Shown piece by piece: positions 55,604 through 64,000 of a stretch of 64,000 nt of DNA. The first letter of the stretch is position 1. Each line of letters begins with the position of its first letter. The notes beneath the pieces were generated by a model that was given only the letters and a program-made list of their open reading frames with translations, had not been told where the DNA came from and did no database searches. The translations under genes were made by a program, and so were the position numbers. Source of the stretch: a virus; the IMG/VR virus record IMGVR_UViG_3300015374_000004, positions 5,787 to 69,786 of that record; one strand, 5' to 3'.

Positions 55604-57874
55604 GTGACCGCCATCCCTCGCTACGTCTCCACGGCGCCAGAGGCCGCAGCGCGGATCGCCGGGTTCATCTTCGGGGATGGCAACCCCGACCACACTGACA
55701 CCGTCCTCACCGGGTCGCCGATCGCCTTCACGGCGCTGAACACCACCGGCTGGACGCACGACGAGTGCGTTCGCTGCGCCGGGATCCTGTCCTGGGTGAA
55801 CGGCACCGACTACCGGCTCCCCGCCAACGGCAACTTCATCTGCAAGCGGGACTCGCTGTACGCCGCTCTCGGCATCTCCAGCCCCACCTTCGACATGTAC
55901 CACCGGGCTCTCGCGCCCCAGGGCGGCTTCACGCCGACCAGGGTGCAACTCGAAGCCTTCATGGCCTCGCTGATCGAGACCGAGGGCTCGGCTTCCACCG
56001 CTCCTCCCAAGGTGTTCGACGAGGCACGCGGTGGGATCTACGACCAGCGCATCGACAACCTCGTGCTGACGATGAACACCCAGAGCCTCGGAGCGTTCCG
56101 CTCAGGCGTGGCCGTCAAGTGCTCGTTGGCCGCGCTCGATGCGTTCCCGATGCCGCTCATCTCGGCTGTGCGCTATCCCGGTACCACGCCAGCCGACTGG
56201 CCTGACGGTGCGCCCCCGCCGCCCGACGAGACTGCTCCTGCTGTCCCGACCGGCCTGGCCGCCACTCCCGGCACGAACTCGGTGGCCCTCTCGTGGACGG
56301 TGAACGTCGAGCCGGACCTGGCTGGCTACATCCTCTACCGCAACGGTGACACCGAGGTCTACATCGGAGCCACGCCGTCGTTCATCAACTCCGGCCTACC
56401 TGCTGGCATCGAGGTCAGTTACCAGGTCGCCGCGTTCGACGTGAGCGAGAACGCCAGCGCTCTCTCTGACCCGGTCTTCGCCACGCCGCTCGGCGCTGCT
56501 GCTCCACCGCCTGCCGCACCGACCAGCCTGGCCGCTTCACCATCCTCGACGTCCGTCTCGCTGACGTGGACGAACTCGGTCACCCCTGGCGTGGTGTCGC
56601 ACCGCGTGTACCGGGGTTCCCTCCTGGTGGGCACCGTCTCTACACCCACAGCCTTCTTCGTGGACACCGGGCTGGACCCCTCCACCTCGTACTCGTACCG
56701 CGTCACCGCGGTCAACCCTGACGGTGGCGAGTCGGCCTCCACGCCCTTCATCACCGTCACGACCCTGTTCGGCACGGTCGGCCCGCCGGACATCACCACC
56801 ATCCCGATCTTCATCGTCTCCCAGATCGGGTGCCCCGAGAACTACGCCGTCTACGTGGCGAACCGCAGCGGCACGACGCTGCTCTCCGAGTTGCCCTTCA
56901 CGTCCCTCAACTGGACACGCGAGATGGACGAGGTCTCGTCCTGTGACGTCACCCTCGATCTGGTCAACGGTTACCAGGACTGCTGCCGCGCTGTCCGCGG
57001 CATGGTGCGGTGGGGCCACGAGATCGTGGTGTACCGGGAGGGCGTGCGGGTGTGGACCGGGCCGCTCGTCGACATCCTTCCTGACGGTCAGAACATCCAA
57101 CTCCGCGCCCAGGACAAGATGGCCTGGCTCGGCGTGCGTGTCGTCTGGGAGCCGGGCCTCGACTACCCGGACCCCGGCGAGGAGATCTCGCTCATCTTCA
57201 ACGACGTGATCTTCAACGCCATGCAGCCCGACAACGAGCCCGGCCTGATCGCTGCGGCTCTGCCGACCGGCATCCGGGCTGCTCGGACCTACGCCACCAA
57301 CCCGCCTGTGATCGCTCTCGATGCTGTCCAGGAGTTGGCCAGGACCGGCGTCGACTACACGATGATCGGTCCGAACCTGGTGGCTGGTTCCTTCGTGATC
57401 CCCGCCTCCCCGATCTCGTTCATGACCGACCAGGCGCTCGCCGAGTTGCCCAAGGTCGAGTTGCTCGGGGCTAACTACGCCAGCCAGTGGTTCGTCACCG
57501 GGGATCCGACCCAGAACATCAGGTCCACCTACGGTGGCGCGGACGGCACCGCTGGACTGGTGGTGCGCATCGCCCAGGAGGACACGATCAAGGACCAGGC
57601 GTCGCTGGATCAGAACGCCAAGACGCGCTGGGAGTTGACCAACGCCCCCTTGATCGCTGAGGCGACCTTGTCGCTCAACCCCACGGCTCCGCTGCCGGTG
57701 GAACTGGCGGTGCCCGGCGCCGTGGTGAACCTCTCGCTCGTGGAGTCCTGCTACCCCATCGAGGGTCTGTTCCGCATCAAGCGGTTCGAGTTCTCGGTGA
57801 GCAGTGGTGATGGCGGGGTGTCAGAGAGCGTGTCGATGACGGTCCAGCCTCTCGGCACGGAACTGGTGACCTGA
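55604..57874 (+). CDS. minor tail protein with two fibronectin type III-like domains
   Basis: 'PTGLAATPGTNSVALSWT...YILYRNG' and 'PTSLAASPSSTSVSLTWT...HRVYRG'. Confidence 0.5.
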   Translation: MTAIPRYVSTAPEAAARIAGFIFGDGNPDHTDTVLTGSPIAFTALNTTGWTHDECVRCAGILSWVNGTDYRLPANGNFICKRDSLYAALGISSPTFDMYHRALAPQGGFTPTRVQLEAFMASLIETEGSASTAPPKVFDEARGGIYDQRIDNLVLTMNTQSLGAFRSGVAVKCSLAALDAFPMPLISAVRYPGTTPADWPDGAPPPPDETAPAVPTGLAATPGTNSVALSWTVNVEPDLAGYILYRNGDTEVYIGATPSFINSGLPAGIEVSYQVAAFDVSENASALSDPVFATPLGAAAPPPAAPTSLAASPSSTSVSLTWTNSVTPGVVSHRVYRGSLLVGTVSTPTAFFVDTGLDPSTSYSYRVTAVNPDGGESASTPFITVTTLFGTVGPPDITTIPIFIVSQIGCPENYAVYVANRSGTTLLSELPFTSLNWTREMDEVSSCDVTLDLVNGYQDCCRAVRGMVRWGHEIVVYREGVRVWTGPLVDILPDGQNIQLRAQDKMAWLGVRVVWEPGLDYPDPGEEISLIFNDVIFNAMQPDNEPGLIAAALPTGIRAARTYATNPPVIALDAVQELARTGVDYTMIGPNLVAGSFVIPASPISFMTDQALAELPKVELLGANYASQWFVTGDPTQNIRSTYGGADGTAGLVVRIAQEDTIKDQASLDQNAKTRWELTNAPLIAEATLSLNPTAPLPVELAVPGAVVNLSLVESCYPIEGLFRIKRFEFSVSSGDGGVSESVSMTVQPLGTELVT

Positions 57875-58320
57875 TGTCAGCCCGCGCTCTTGGCTCTCTG
57901 GATCGTGCGCTCAAGGAAGTCCTCGCGGACTTCGAGCGGAGGATCACCGAACTCTCGAACCGTCGTGGTTTCGGTGGCGGTGGCCAGTCGGTCACGTTGC
58001 CCGGCGTCCCCACCGTCAACATCTCCCTTGTCCACGGCTCAGACACCACCATCGTCCTCACGTTCCGGGACAGGGCCACGAACACGCTCATCAACTGGAC
58101 CGGGCAGACCTTCACTGCTCGGGCGTACTCCGGCGTGGGAGGCTCGGTGCTGGCCACCGCGACCACGTCACACAATGGCTCCGGTGGGGCCGTCACGATC
58201 GTCTGGCCAGCCACACAGACGGTCTTGCTGGCTGTCGGCCTCACCGGGGTCTGGGATCTCAAGGCGTCACCGCTCGGTCAGACTGTGGCCATCGGTTCGT
58301 TCATCGTGCAGGGAGTCTGA
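57874..58320 (+). CDS. minor tail protein
   Basis: Position within the tail module. Confidence 0.4.
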   Translation: MSARALGSLDRALKEVLADFERRITELSNRRGFGGGGQSVTLPGVPTVNISLVHGSDTTIVLTFRDRATNTLINWTGQTFTARAYSGVGGSVLATATTSHNGSGGAVTIVWPATQTVLLAVGLTGVWDLKASPLGQTVAIGSFIVQGV

Positions 58321-58847
58321 TGGCAACGGGAGAACGGGTCTACATGGCGCCCATGTGGCAGCCGCTCGATGGGTCCGCGAACAACGTCACCCCGGCCGGT
58401 GTCACGATCGCAGGCTCCACGACGCAGAAGATCCAGATCCCCGTCTGGGCATTCGACGGCGCGGGCTCGACGGCTGAGTACCTGTGCATCACCACGGTCT
58501 GCCCGGTCGACTACGCCTCCGGCGGATCCATGTACATCTACTGGACGATCAACTCCACGACCTCGGCGAACGTGGTGTGGCAGGTCCAGGTCCAAGCCAT
58601 CACCGCCGCTGACGCTGACACGCCGTTCGAGCACGCCTGGTCCACCGCGGCCACCACCACGTCAGCCGTGAACACCACGGAGGCTCGCCGCCTCATCCTC
58701 ACCAGTGCCATCAGCCTCAACATGGACTCGGCGGCCGCTGGAGATCTGCTGTCCTTCCTGTTGTTCCGTGACCCTGCCAACGGCTCAGACACTTCCAGCG
58801 TCGACGCTGAGATGGTCGCTGCGGTCTTCCAGTACACGACGACGTAG
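58320..58847 (+). CDS. minor tail protein
   Basis: Position within the tail module. Confidence 0.4.
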   Translation: MATGERVYMAPMWQPLDGSANNVTPAGVTIAGSTTQKIQIPVWAFDGAGSTAEYLCITTVCPVDYASGGSMYIYWTINSTTSANVVWQVQVQAITAADADTPFEHAWSTAATTTSAVNTTEARRLILTSAISLNMDSAAAGDLLSFLLFRDPANGSDTSSVDAEMVAAVFQYTTT

Positions 58848-58853
58848 GCCGCC

Positions 58854-60179
58854 ATGGCCATCACGTTCAACGGCACCACCGACGAGATCCAGTTCACTGG
58901 CGCGGCGGCATGGCCCACGTGGACAGGGATCACGGTTGCCTGCCTGTTCTACAAGAACGCCAGTTCCGCCGTTCAGAACCTCTACCTCGCTGACGCCACC
59001 GGCTCGCCCGCTGACATCAGGCTCTCGTTCTCTGCCACCGACAAGATCCGCCTCTTTCTCAACGGCACCAACGCTGCTGGAGCGAACACCTTCGGCACCG
59101 GCCAGCACCTCGCTGGAGCCATCAAGGGGACCGGCCTCGTAGCGCCTTCCTTCCCCTACATCACGCCGCTGGGTGGCACGTGGGCCGTCGACACCACCGC
59201 GACGGTCCTCAATGACCCCACCACCACCGCCCCCGGCGTAGCGGAGACGCTCGGCTCGCAGAACGGGTCGTCCTTCTTCAACGGCGACATCACCGCCCTG
59301 GGGGTCTGGAGCCGCGCTCTGGGGCTCGATGAGTTCAAGAGCCTGCTCGACATCGGCTACAAGAACTGGTGGACAGTCCCCGGCTGCGCGCGGCTGTTCG
59401 TGCTCGACCAGCACTCCACCTCCACCAAGGTCATCGACCTGGCGGGGTCAGGGGCCAAGGAGTCCACCCGCACCGGCACGTCGATCGCCACCCGCTCCGT
59501 GCCCATGGCGAGGATGCACGGTCGCTACTGGCAGATCGAGCAGAGGCTCGCCGCCACGGCCGTCAACGTCGCTGCTGGGTCGGCCTCAGCGACAGGTACG
59601 GCCTACACCGCGGCGCTCACCCTCTCCGGCTCTGCTGCGAACGCGAGTGGTACTGGCTCGGCGAACACTCCTGCCCCCTCAATCAGCGTCAATGCGGGCG
59701 CGGTCAGTGGCTCCGGGACGGCGTTCAACGCCACGGTCTCCACGGCCGCGAGCATCACGGTCAACGCTGGTTCGGCCAGTGCCACCGGCTCTGCCTACGC
59801 GGCTACTCTCACCCTCAGCACCGCTGGTGGAGCCAGTTCGGGGACCGCTACCGCAGGCGGCCCTTCTTCTAGCATCTCGGTCGGAGCAGGAGCCGGTTCC
59901 GCCAGCGGGGCCGCATTCAACGCCACCGTCTCGACGGCCGCGTTCCTCTCCGTCAACGCTGGAGCGGCCTCTGGTACGGGCACGGCGTACGACGCCACCG
60001 TCACCACGCTGTCGACGACCAACCCGGCAGCCCAGCGGGCGTTGGGTGCCGGGTCGGCCTACAACGCGACCGTACACATCGTGTCGGGGGGGAATCTGCA
60101 CCAGGCGTACGACGTCTTCCTCGGGTCCAGCGCGGACATCCTCATCACCCTCACCCCATCTGCGGACCTGCTCCTCTAG
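58854..60179 (+). CDS. tail fibre protein with tandem Ala/Ser/Thr/Gly-rich ~33-aa repeats
   Basis: Repeats 'NAGSASATGSAYAATLTLS', 'NAGAVSGSGTAFNATVSTAA', ... Confidence 0.45.
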   Translation: MAITFNGTTDEIQFTGAAAWPTWTGITVACLFYKNASSAVQNLYLADATGSPADIRLSFSATDKIRLFLNGTNAAGANTFGTGQHLAGAIKGTGLVAPSFPYITPLGGTWAVDTTATVLNDPTTTAPGVAETLGSQNGSSFFNGDITALGVWSRALGLDEFKSLLDIGYKNWWTVPGCARLFVLDQHSTSTKVIDLAGSGAKESTRTGTSIATRSVPMARMHGRYWQIEQRLAATAVNVAAGSASATGTAYTAALTLSGSAANASGTGSANTPAPSISVNAGAVSGSGTAFNATVSTAASITVNAGSASATGSAYAATLTLSTAGGASSGTATAGGPSSSISVGAGAGSASGAAFNATVSTAAFLSVNAGAASGTGTAYDATVTTLSTTNPAAQRALGAGSAYNATVHIVSGGNLHQAYDVFLGSSADILITLTPSADLLL

Positions 60180-60197
60180 GTCGCGTACCATCTGACC

Positions 60198-60569
60198 ATG
60201 CCTGCCCTCGCCTGCGCCGTAGAGACCCCCGCCGGGCACGTCCCCGAGCAGGACATCGAGATCACGGCCGGGGATGACGCCACCATCATCTTCGAGTTCC
60301 GCTGGGGTAATACCGGGCGGCTGAGGGATTGGACCGGCTGGACGTTCTCCTCGCTGCTCAAGGACTCCCTGGGCGGGACGATCATGGCCACCGGCACTGT
60401 GACCCACAACGGTACTGGTGGTCAGTTGCAACTGGTCTACCCCTCCAGTGATACCGCCCTGCTCACGGACGGTGACAGCGGCGTGTATGACATCGAGGGC
60501 GTCGACTCCGGCACCGCGGTCCACACCGTCCTCCGTGGCACCGCCATCTACAAGGGATCCGTCACCTGA
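60198..60569 (+). CDS. tail-associated protein
   Basis: Position within the tail module. Confidence 0.35.
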   Translation: MPALACAVETPAGHVPEQDIEITAGDDATIIFEFRWGNTGRLRDWTGWTFSSLLKDSLGGTIMATGTVTHNGTGGQLQLVYPSSDTALLTDGDSGVYDIEGVDSGTAVHTVLRGTAIYKGSVT

Positions 60570-60572
60570 TCT

Positions 60573-60935
60573 ATGGCGCCTGAGCACGGCTGCGGCCAGA
60601 ATGGCGGCGTGTCCGCTGTGCTCCTGACGCCGCCGAAGATGGAGTGGTACTGCCCGAACTGCTCGGCGCGGCGGGTCACCAAGGCTCGCATCAACCCCGG
60701 CGACTCCGTCTCCGAGATCCACATCTGCCCCGGCCTCAAGGGCGTCTGGGCTCCGCTGGTCCCGGTAGGAGTCAAGGCCAAGGTGACGGCGAACCTCCGT
60801 GAGGACTATGTCGGCCCGCTCGACATCCCCCAGAGGAACGACGAGGGCCAGGTGATCATGTCGGTCACGGCTGAGCGCGACGAAGGTACGGACCTGGTGG
60901 TCCTTGCCCCGACCGCGGTCTACAAGTTGGGCTAG
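60573..60935 (+). CDS. hypothetical protein with a CPNC motif
   Basis: 'WYCPNCSARR'. Confidence 0.35.
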   Translation: MAPEHGCGQNGGVSAVLLTPPKMEWYCPNCSARRVTKARINPGDSVSEIHICPGLKGVWAPLVPVGVKAKVTANLREDYVGPLDIPQRNDEGQVIMSVTAERDEGTDLVVLAPTAVYKLG

Positions 60936-60943
60936 GAGGTCCA

Positions 60944-61216
60944 GTGTCAGACACCGCAGAGTTCTACGTGACGATGGCCGAGATGGAGCGTCGGCTCGCG
61001 GACGCGGTCGCCAACAAGGCGACCGACCCGGAGACGTACCAGGCGGTCAGCACGGAGTTCGCCGAGTGGCGGCGCGACGTGAAGATCCTCTCCGGTCGCA
61101 AGGGCAGCGAGTTCGCCCTGGCGGTCAAGGAGGGCCGTGAGGACGACCTGATCGCTGAGGGTCGATCCGCTCTGTCCGTGGCGCTTGACGCCGTAGTCGT
61201 CACCGAGGAGGGCTGA
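60944..61216 (+). CDS. hypothetical protein
   Basis: 90 aa. Confidence 0.35.
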   Translation: MSDTAEFYVTMAEMERRLADAVANKATDPETYQAVSTEFAEWRRDVKILSGRKGSEFALAVKEGREDDLIAEGRSALSVALDAVVVTEEG

Positions 61217-61683
61217 TGGCCTGGTCCGATTCCCGTTGGTTCATCTCGCTGGTCAAGGATGCGCTGGACAACACGTCCGCCATTGATCTTGGAAGCGACA
61301 CCCCGAAGATCGCTCTATTCGACAACTCGATCACTCCTGATCGCACTGTTTCAAGCGCCAACAGCGCTTACGCTGCAGGCGTTTGGGCGTCAGGCGGGGT
61401 GTCGGATGCGACCGGTTGGCCCGCTGCTGGCCGTCCGCTGGTGTCTGCTACCTGGACTCAGTCGTCCGGGACGGCGACGTACGACGCCAACGACACGGCA
61501 AGTGCGAACTCCAACACCACCCTCGCAGCCTTCTTTGGCTGCCTGAACTACGACGACACATTGACTACCCCCGTAGCGGATCAGGGCATCTCATTCAACT
61601 ACTTTGGCGGATCGAACAGCGTGACCGCCGGTAGTGCGACCGTGGTGTGGAATGCCTCTGGCATCTGCGCCATCACGGTGTAG
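61216..61683 (+). CDS. tail fibre-associated protein
   Basis: Position within the tail module. Confidence 0.35.
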   Translation: MAWSDSRWFISLVKDALDNTSAIDLGSDTPKIALFDNSITPDRTVSSANSAYAAGVWASGGVSDATGWPAAGRPLVSATWTQSSGTATYDANDTASANSNTTLAAFFGCLNYDDTLTTPVADQGISFNYFGGSNSVTAGSATVVWNASGICAITV

Positions 61684-61686
61684 CGC

Positions 61687-62151
61687 ATGTCCCGCATCAT
61701 CAGGATCACCACAGAAGGCGAAGAAGCCGTAGGGGCTTCGACAGCGGAGACGCTCGTGCAGTTCCGCGGTGTCACCACGTTGAAGTTGGAGGTGGCAGAG
61801 TTCAACGCCTCGGCCGACTACACGACGGACGCCACCGGGATCGTCGCCTGGTCGCTCGTCTACCAGTCGACGGACGGCACCGCCACCGGAGCGTCGGAGA
61901 TCCCCGGCGACCCGGACGACCCGACCCCGGCGATCACCGGGTTCAACTCCTTCTCGGCTGAGCCGACCACCTCGTCCACCATCATGGAGGGCCACTTCAA
62001 CTGCAACGGCGGCGAGGTGTACAGGTACTACGCCGAGGGTGACGGGATCACCATCGACAGCGCCACCTCGTCCCGCATCGGCCTGGTGGTAACCTCCGAC
62101 AAGGCGTGCAACATGAAGGCGACGCTGGGATTGAGGGTGATGTCCGCATGA
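61687..62151 (+). CDS. hypothetical structural protein
   Basis: Position within the tail module. Confidence 0.35.
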   Translation: MSRIIRITTEGEEAVGASTAETLVQFRGVTTLKLEVAEFNASADYTTDATGIVAWSLVYQSTDGTATGASEIPGDPDDPTPAITGFNSFSAEPTTSSTIMEGHFNCNGGEVYRYYAEGDGITIDSATSSRIGLVVTSDKACNMKATLGLRVMSA

Positions 62152-62489
62152 CCGTGCCGTCCGTGGCCGAACTTCGCCGCAAGGTGTCCGAAGCGGCCGA
62201 GCCGTTGGAGCACCCGACGAAGACGGGCTATCACAACGTCGAGCAGAACATCCGCCTCGCGAACAAGCCCCACAAGTACGGGAAGGTCGTCTACTTCGAC
62301 GGCGGCGCTGTCGGGATCAAGAACGATGGCAAGTTGCTCGTGGCCCGCGGGTCCGACCACGGCGACTCGATCTGGGCGCTCGCCCAGCACCTCGGGTTCG
62401 TCGACTTCGGCCCGGACGTCACGGTCGACGAGGTGACTGCCGACGAGTTCAAGGCGCTGCAGACCGCCAAGGTCACTCCGAAGCAGTAA
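62148..62489 (+). CDS. hypothetical protein
   Basis: ATGA overlap with the previous gene. Confidence 0.35.
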   Translation: MTVPSVAELRRKVSEAAEPLEHPTKTGYHNVEQNIRLANKPHKYGKVVYFDGGAVGIKNDGKLLVARGSDHGDSIWALAQHLGFVDFGPDVTVDEVTADEFKALQTAKVTPKQ

Positions 62490-62501
62490 GGGCGGTCCTG
62501 A

Positions 62502-63308
62502 ATGGCCGCCTCGTTCGTCAAGGAGGTAGCGCAGACAACCAGCACGTCTGCTGGTACGACTGTGAACCTCACAGTTGCCGCGGGCGGTGTCGCGCTCGGC
62601 GACGTGATCGTCATCCTCGGCGCCGCCGACAACAGCGGTACGTCCGGCGCGGCGACGACCGTGTCTGCCGCCGACAACCACGCTGGCACCACCAACGTCT
62701 ACACGCTCCGCACCCCGCAGGGGATCGCCGATCCTGGCGCCGCGTCTGCTGGCGCGCAGGCGTGCATCCTTCACTGCCCGGTGACGACGGCCCTGTCCGC
62801 GGGCGACGTCATCCAGGTCACGTTGGGCAACTCGACCACGTCGAAGGCGTTCGTCGCTGAGCAGTTCACCGGCCTGCGGACCGACTCCGGGCTGTTCCTC
62901 CCCGGCTCGTATGCGACGGACGACAATGAGACTGGTCAGGTCGTCTCCCTGTCGACGACCCCGGCGCGCGCCGGGCAACTCGTCATCGGCTGTGTGGCGA
63001 TCGAAGGTCTCGCTGCCGACTCGTTTACGAACGACTCCGACACGACGAACGGGTCGTGGGTGGCGCTCACCGCCCGCTACGGCGACACCGGCACAGCGAC
63101 GACGTCGATGGGTGTCCGCGGGTTCTACAAGATCGTCAACGCTCCCGGCACCCAGACGTGGGGGAGCGCCACGATGCTTGGCACCGGTCGCGACCACTGC
63201 GGCGCGATCGTCACGCTCGACATCCCGTCCGACCCGCGCAAGGTGATCGGGGTCGGCTCCGAGATCCCGCACCGGACAATGGTCGCCATGAGGGGGCGAG
63301 GCCGATGA
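62502..63308 (+). CDS. tail fibre/receptor-binding candidate
   Basis: Position. Gly/Thr-rich. Confidence 0.35.
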   Translation: MAASFVKEVAQTTSTSAGTTVNLTVAAGGVALGDVIVILGAADNSGTSGAATTVSAADNHAGTTNVYTLRTPQGIADPGAASAGAQACILHCPVTTALSAGDVIQVTLGNSTTSKAFVAEQFTGLRTDSGLFLPGSYATDDNETGQVVSLSTTPARAGQLVIGCVAIEGLAADSFTNDSDTTNGSWVALTARYGDTGTATTSMGVRGFYKIVNAPGTQTWGSATMLGTGRDHCGAIVTLDIPSDPRKVIGVGSEIPHRTMVAMRGRGR

Positions 63309-64000
63309 CCGGGTTCTCGAAGCAGCAGCGAGCCCCGCACCGCCGCTCCCTCTCTCACGTCCGTCGCTACCTGGAGCCGCCCGTCCCGATCGTCGGCACG
63401 ATCGGCGCCCAGTTCAACGGGACGTCCAGCCTGATCGACTGCGGCGGCAACGACTTCACCGCGACCGCCTTCACGCTCGGCCTGTACTGGCAGCCAGGGT
63501 CGATCACCGGCTCCAACATCTACGTCCCGTTCGAGATGATCGACGCGAACAGCGACCGGCTCGGGTTGGCGATCGACAACAGCGGCCCGTTCATCATCAT
63601 CGACTGCGCCGGAGCCAACGCCTTCTATACCGGCGGTCAGATCGCGGCGAACACGTTCTACGCCACGTTCGTCACGAAGGCAGCCGGGTCGGCGACGCCC
63701 CGCTATCACACGACCAGCGACGGGACGAACTGGTTCCACACCAACTTCGGTGCTGCTCTCGGCGACCCGACCGGGACGATCACCCGGATCACGCTCGGCG
63801 CCGAACACCTCGATGCCGTCACGCAGAAGTACTTCCTCGGTGGCATCTGGATGGCTGGCATGTGGGCCGAGGACACGACCGATGGCACCTGCCAGACCTA
63901 CATCGACTACAACGTGCTCGCCGCGAAGACGAACGCCCAGTTCTTCACGAACACGTCGCTGATCAACGCTGGCACAGTCGTCGACTCCGGTGCGACAGGC
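63305..64000 (+). CDS. tail protein, 3' end outside the window
   Basis: Open to the window end. Plausibly continues toward the gene at the window start. Confidence 0.35.
   Translation, partial: MTGFSKQQRAPHRRSLSHVRRYLEPPVPIVGTIGAQFNGTSSLIDCGGNDFTATAFTLGLYWQPGSITGSNIYVPFEMIDANSDRLGLAIDNSGPFIIIDCAGANAFYTGGQIAANTFYATFVTKAAGSATPRYHTTSDGTNWFHTNFGAALGDPTGTITRITLGAEHLDAVTQKYFLGGIWMAGMWAEDTTDGTCQTYIDYNVLAAKTNAQFFTNTSLINAGTVVDSGATG

Overview
High-GC window that reads as one actinobacteriophage or prophage genome segment. No integrase, transposase or rRNA was seen.

Layout:
- 1-2677 (+): end of the tail-fibre module, a BNR/sialidase-like protein and a Gly-rich fibre protein.
- 2665-6757: RusA resolvase (-), an extended WhiB-like regulator, a DUF1360 membrane protein, then TerS and TerL (+).
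- 6716-19733 (-): a long leftward block. It holds ERF recombinase plus a YqaJ-like exonuclease, a winged-helix regulator, and a Ro60/Rsr gene (TROVE+vWA). Upstream of rsr lie a tRNA-Cys(GCA) and about 300 bp of highly structured, repeat-containing RNA-like sequence. The block continues with an SLT-like lipoprotein, an amidoligase - GATase class II - amidoligase cluster, and several small genes. Those small genes all start directly after a conserved 'GAGAGGAGGTGA' motif.
- 19740-20350: repeat-rich strand-switch region with poly-G tracts and direct repeats.
- 20354-30471 (+): early/accessory genes. These include five ribbon-helix-helix (RHH) proteins across the window, small membrane peptides, paralogous Pro-rich lipoproteins and a six-gene glycosylation cassette (GT, MTase, LmbE deacetylase, MTase, GT4, GT2).
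- 30476-36359 (-): an embedded island. It encodes an LPXTG surface protein, an SPFH protein, a ParB-like protein, an unknown protein, a DNA methyltransferase and an RHH-HNH-RHH trio.
- 36496-38485 (+): a replication initiator with internal iterons and a DnaB-like helicase.
- 39386-64000 (+): structural module, portal through tape measure (2012 aa) to tail fibres.

The strongest candidates for a novel system are (i) the phage-borne Ro60 with adjacent tRNA and Y-RNA-like structured RNAs, and (ii) the amidoligase/GATase-II metabolite- or protein-modification cluster. All calls come from reading motifs in the supplied translations and DNA; no database searches were run.
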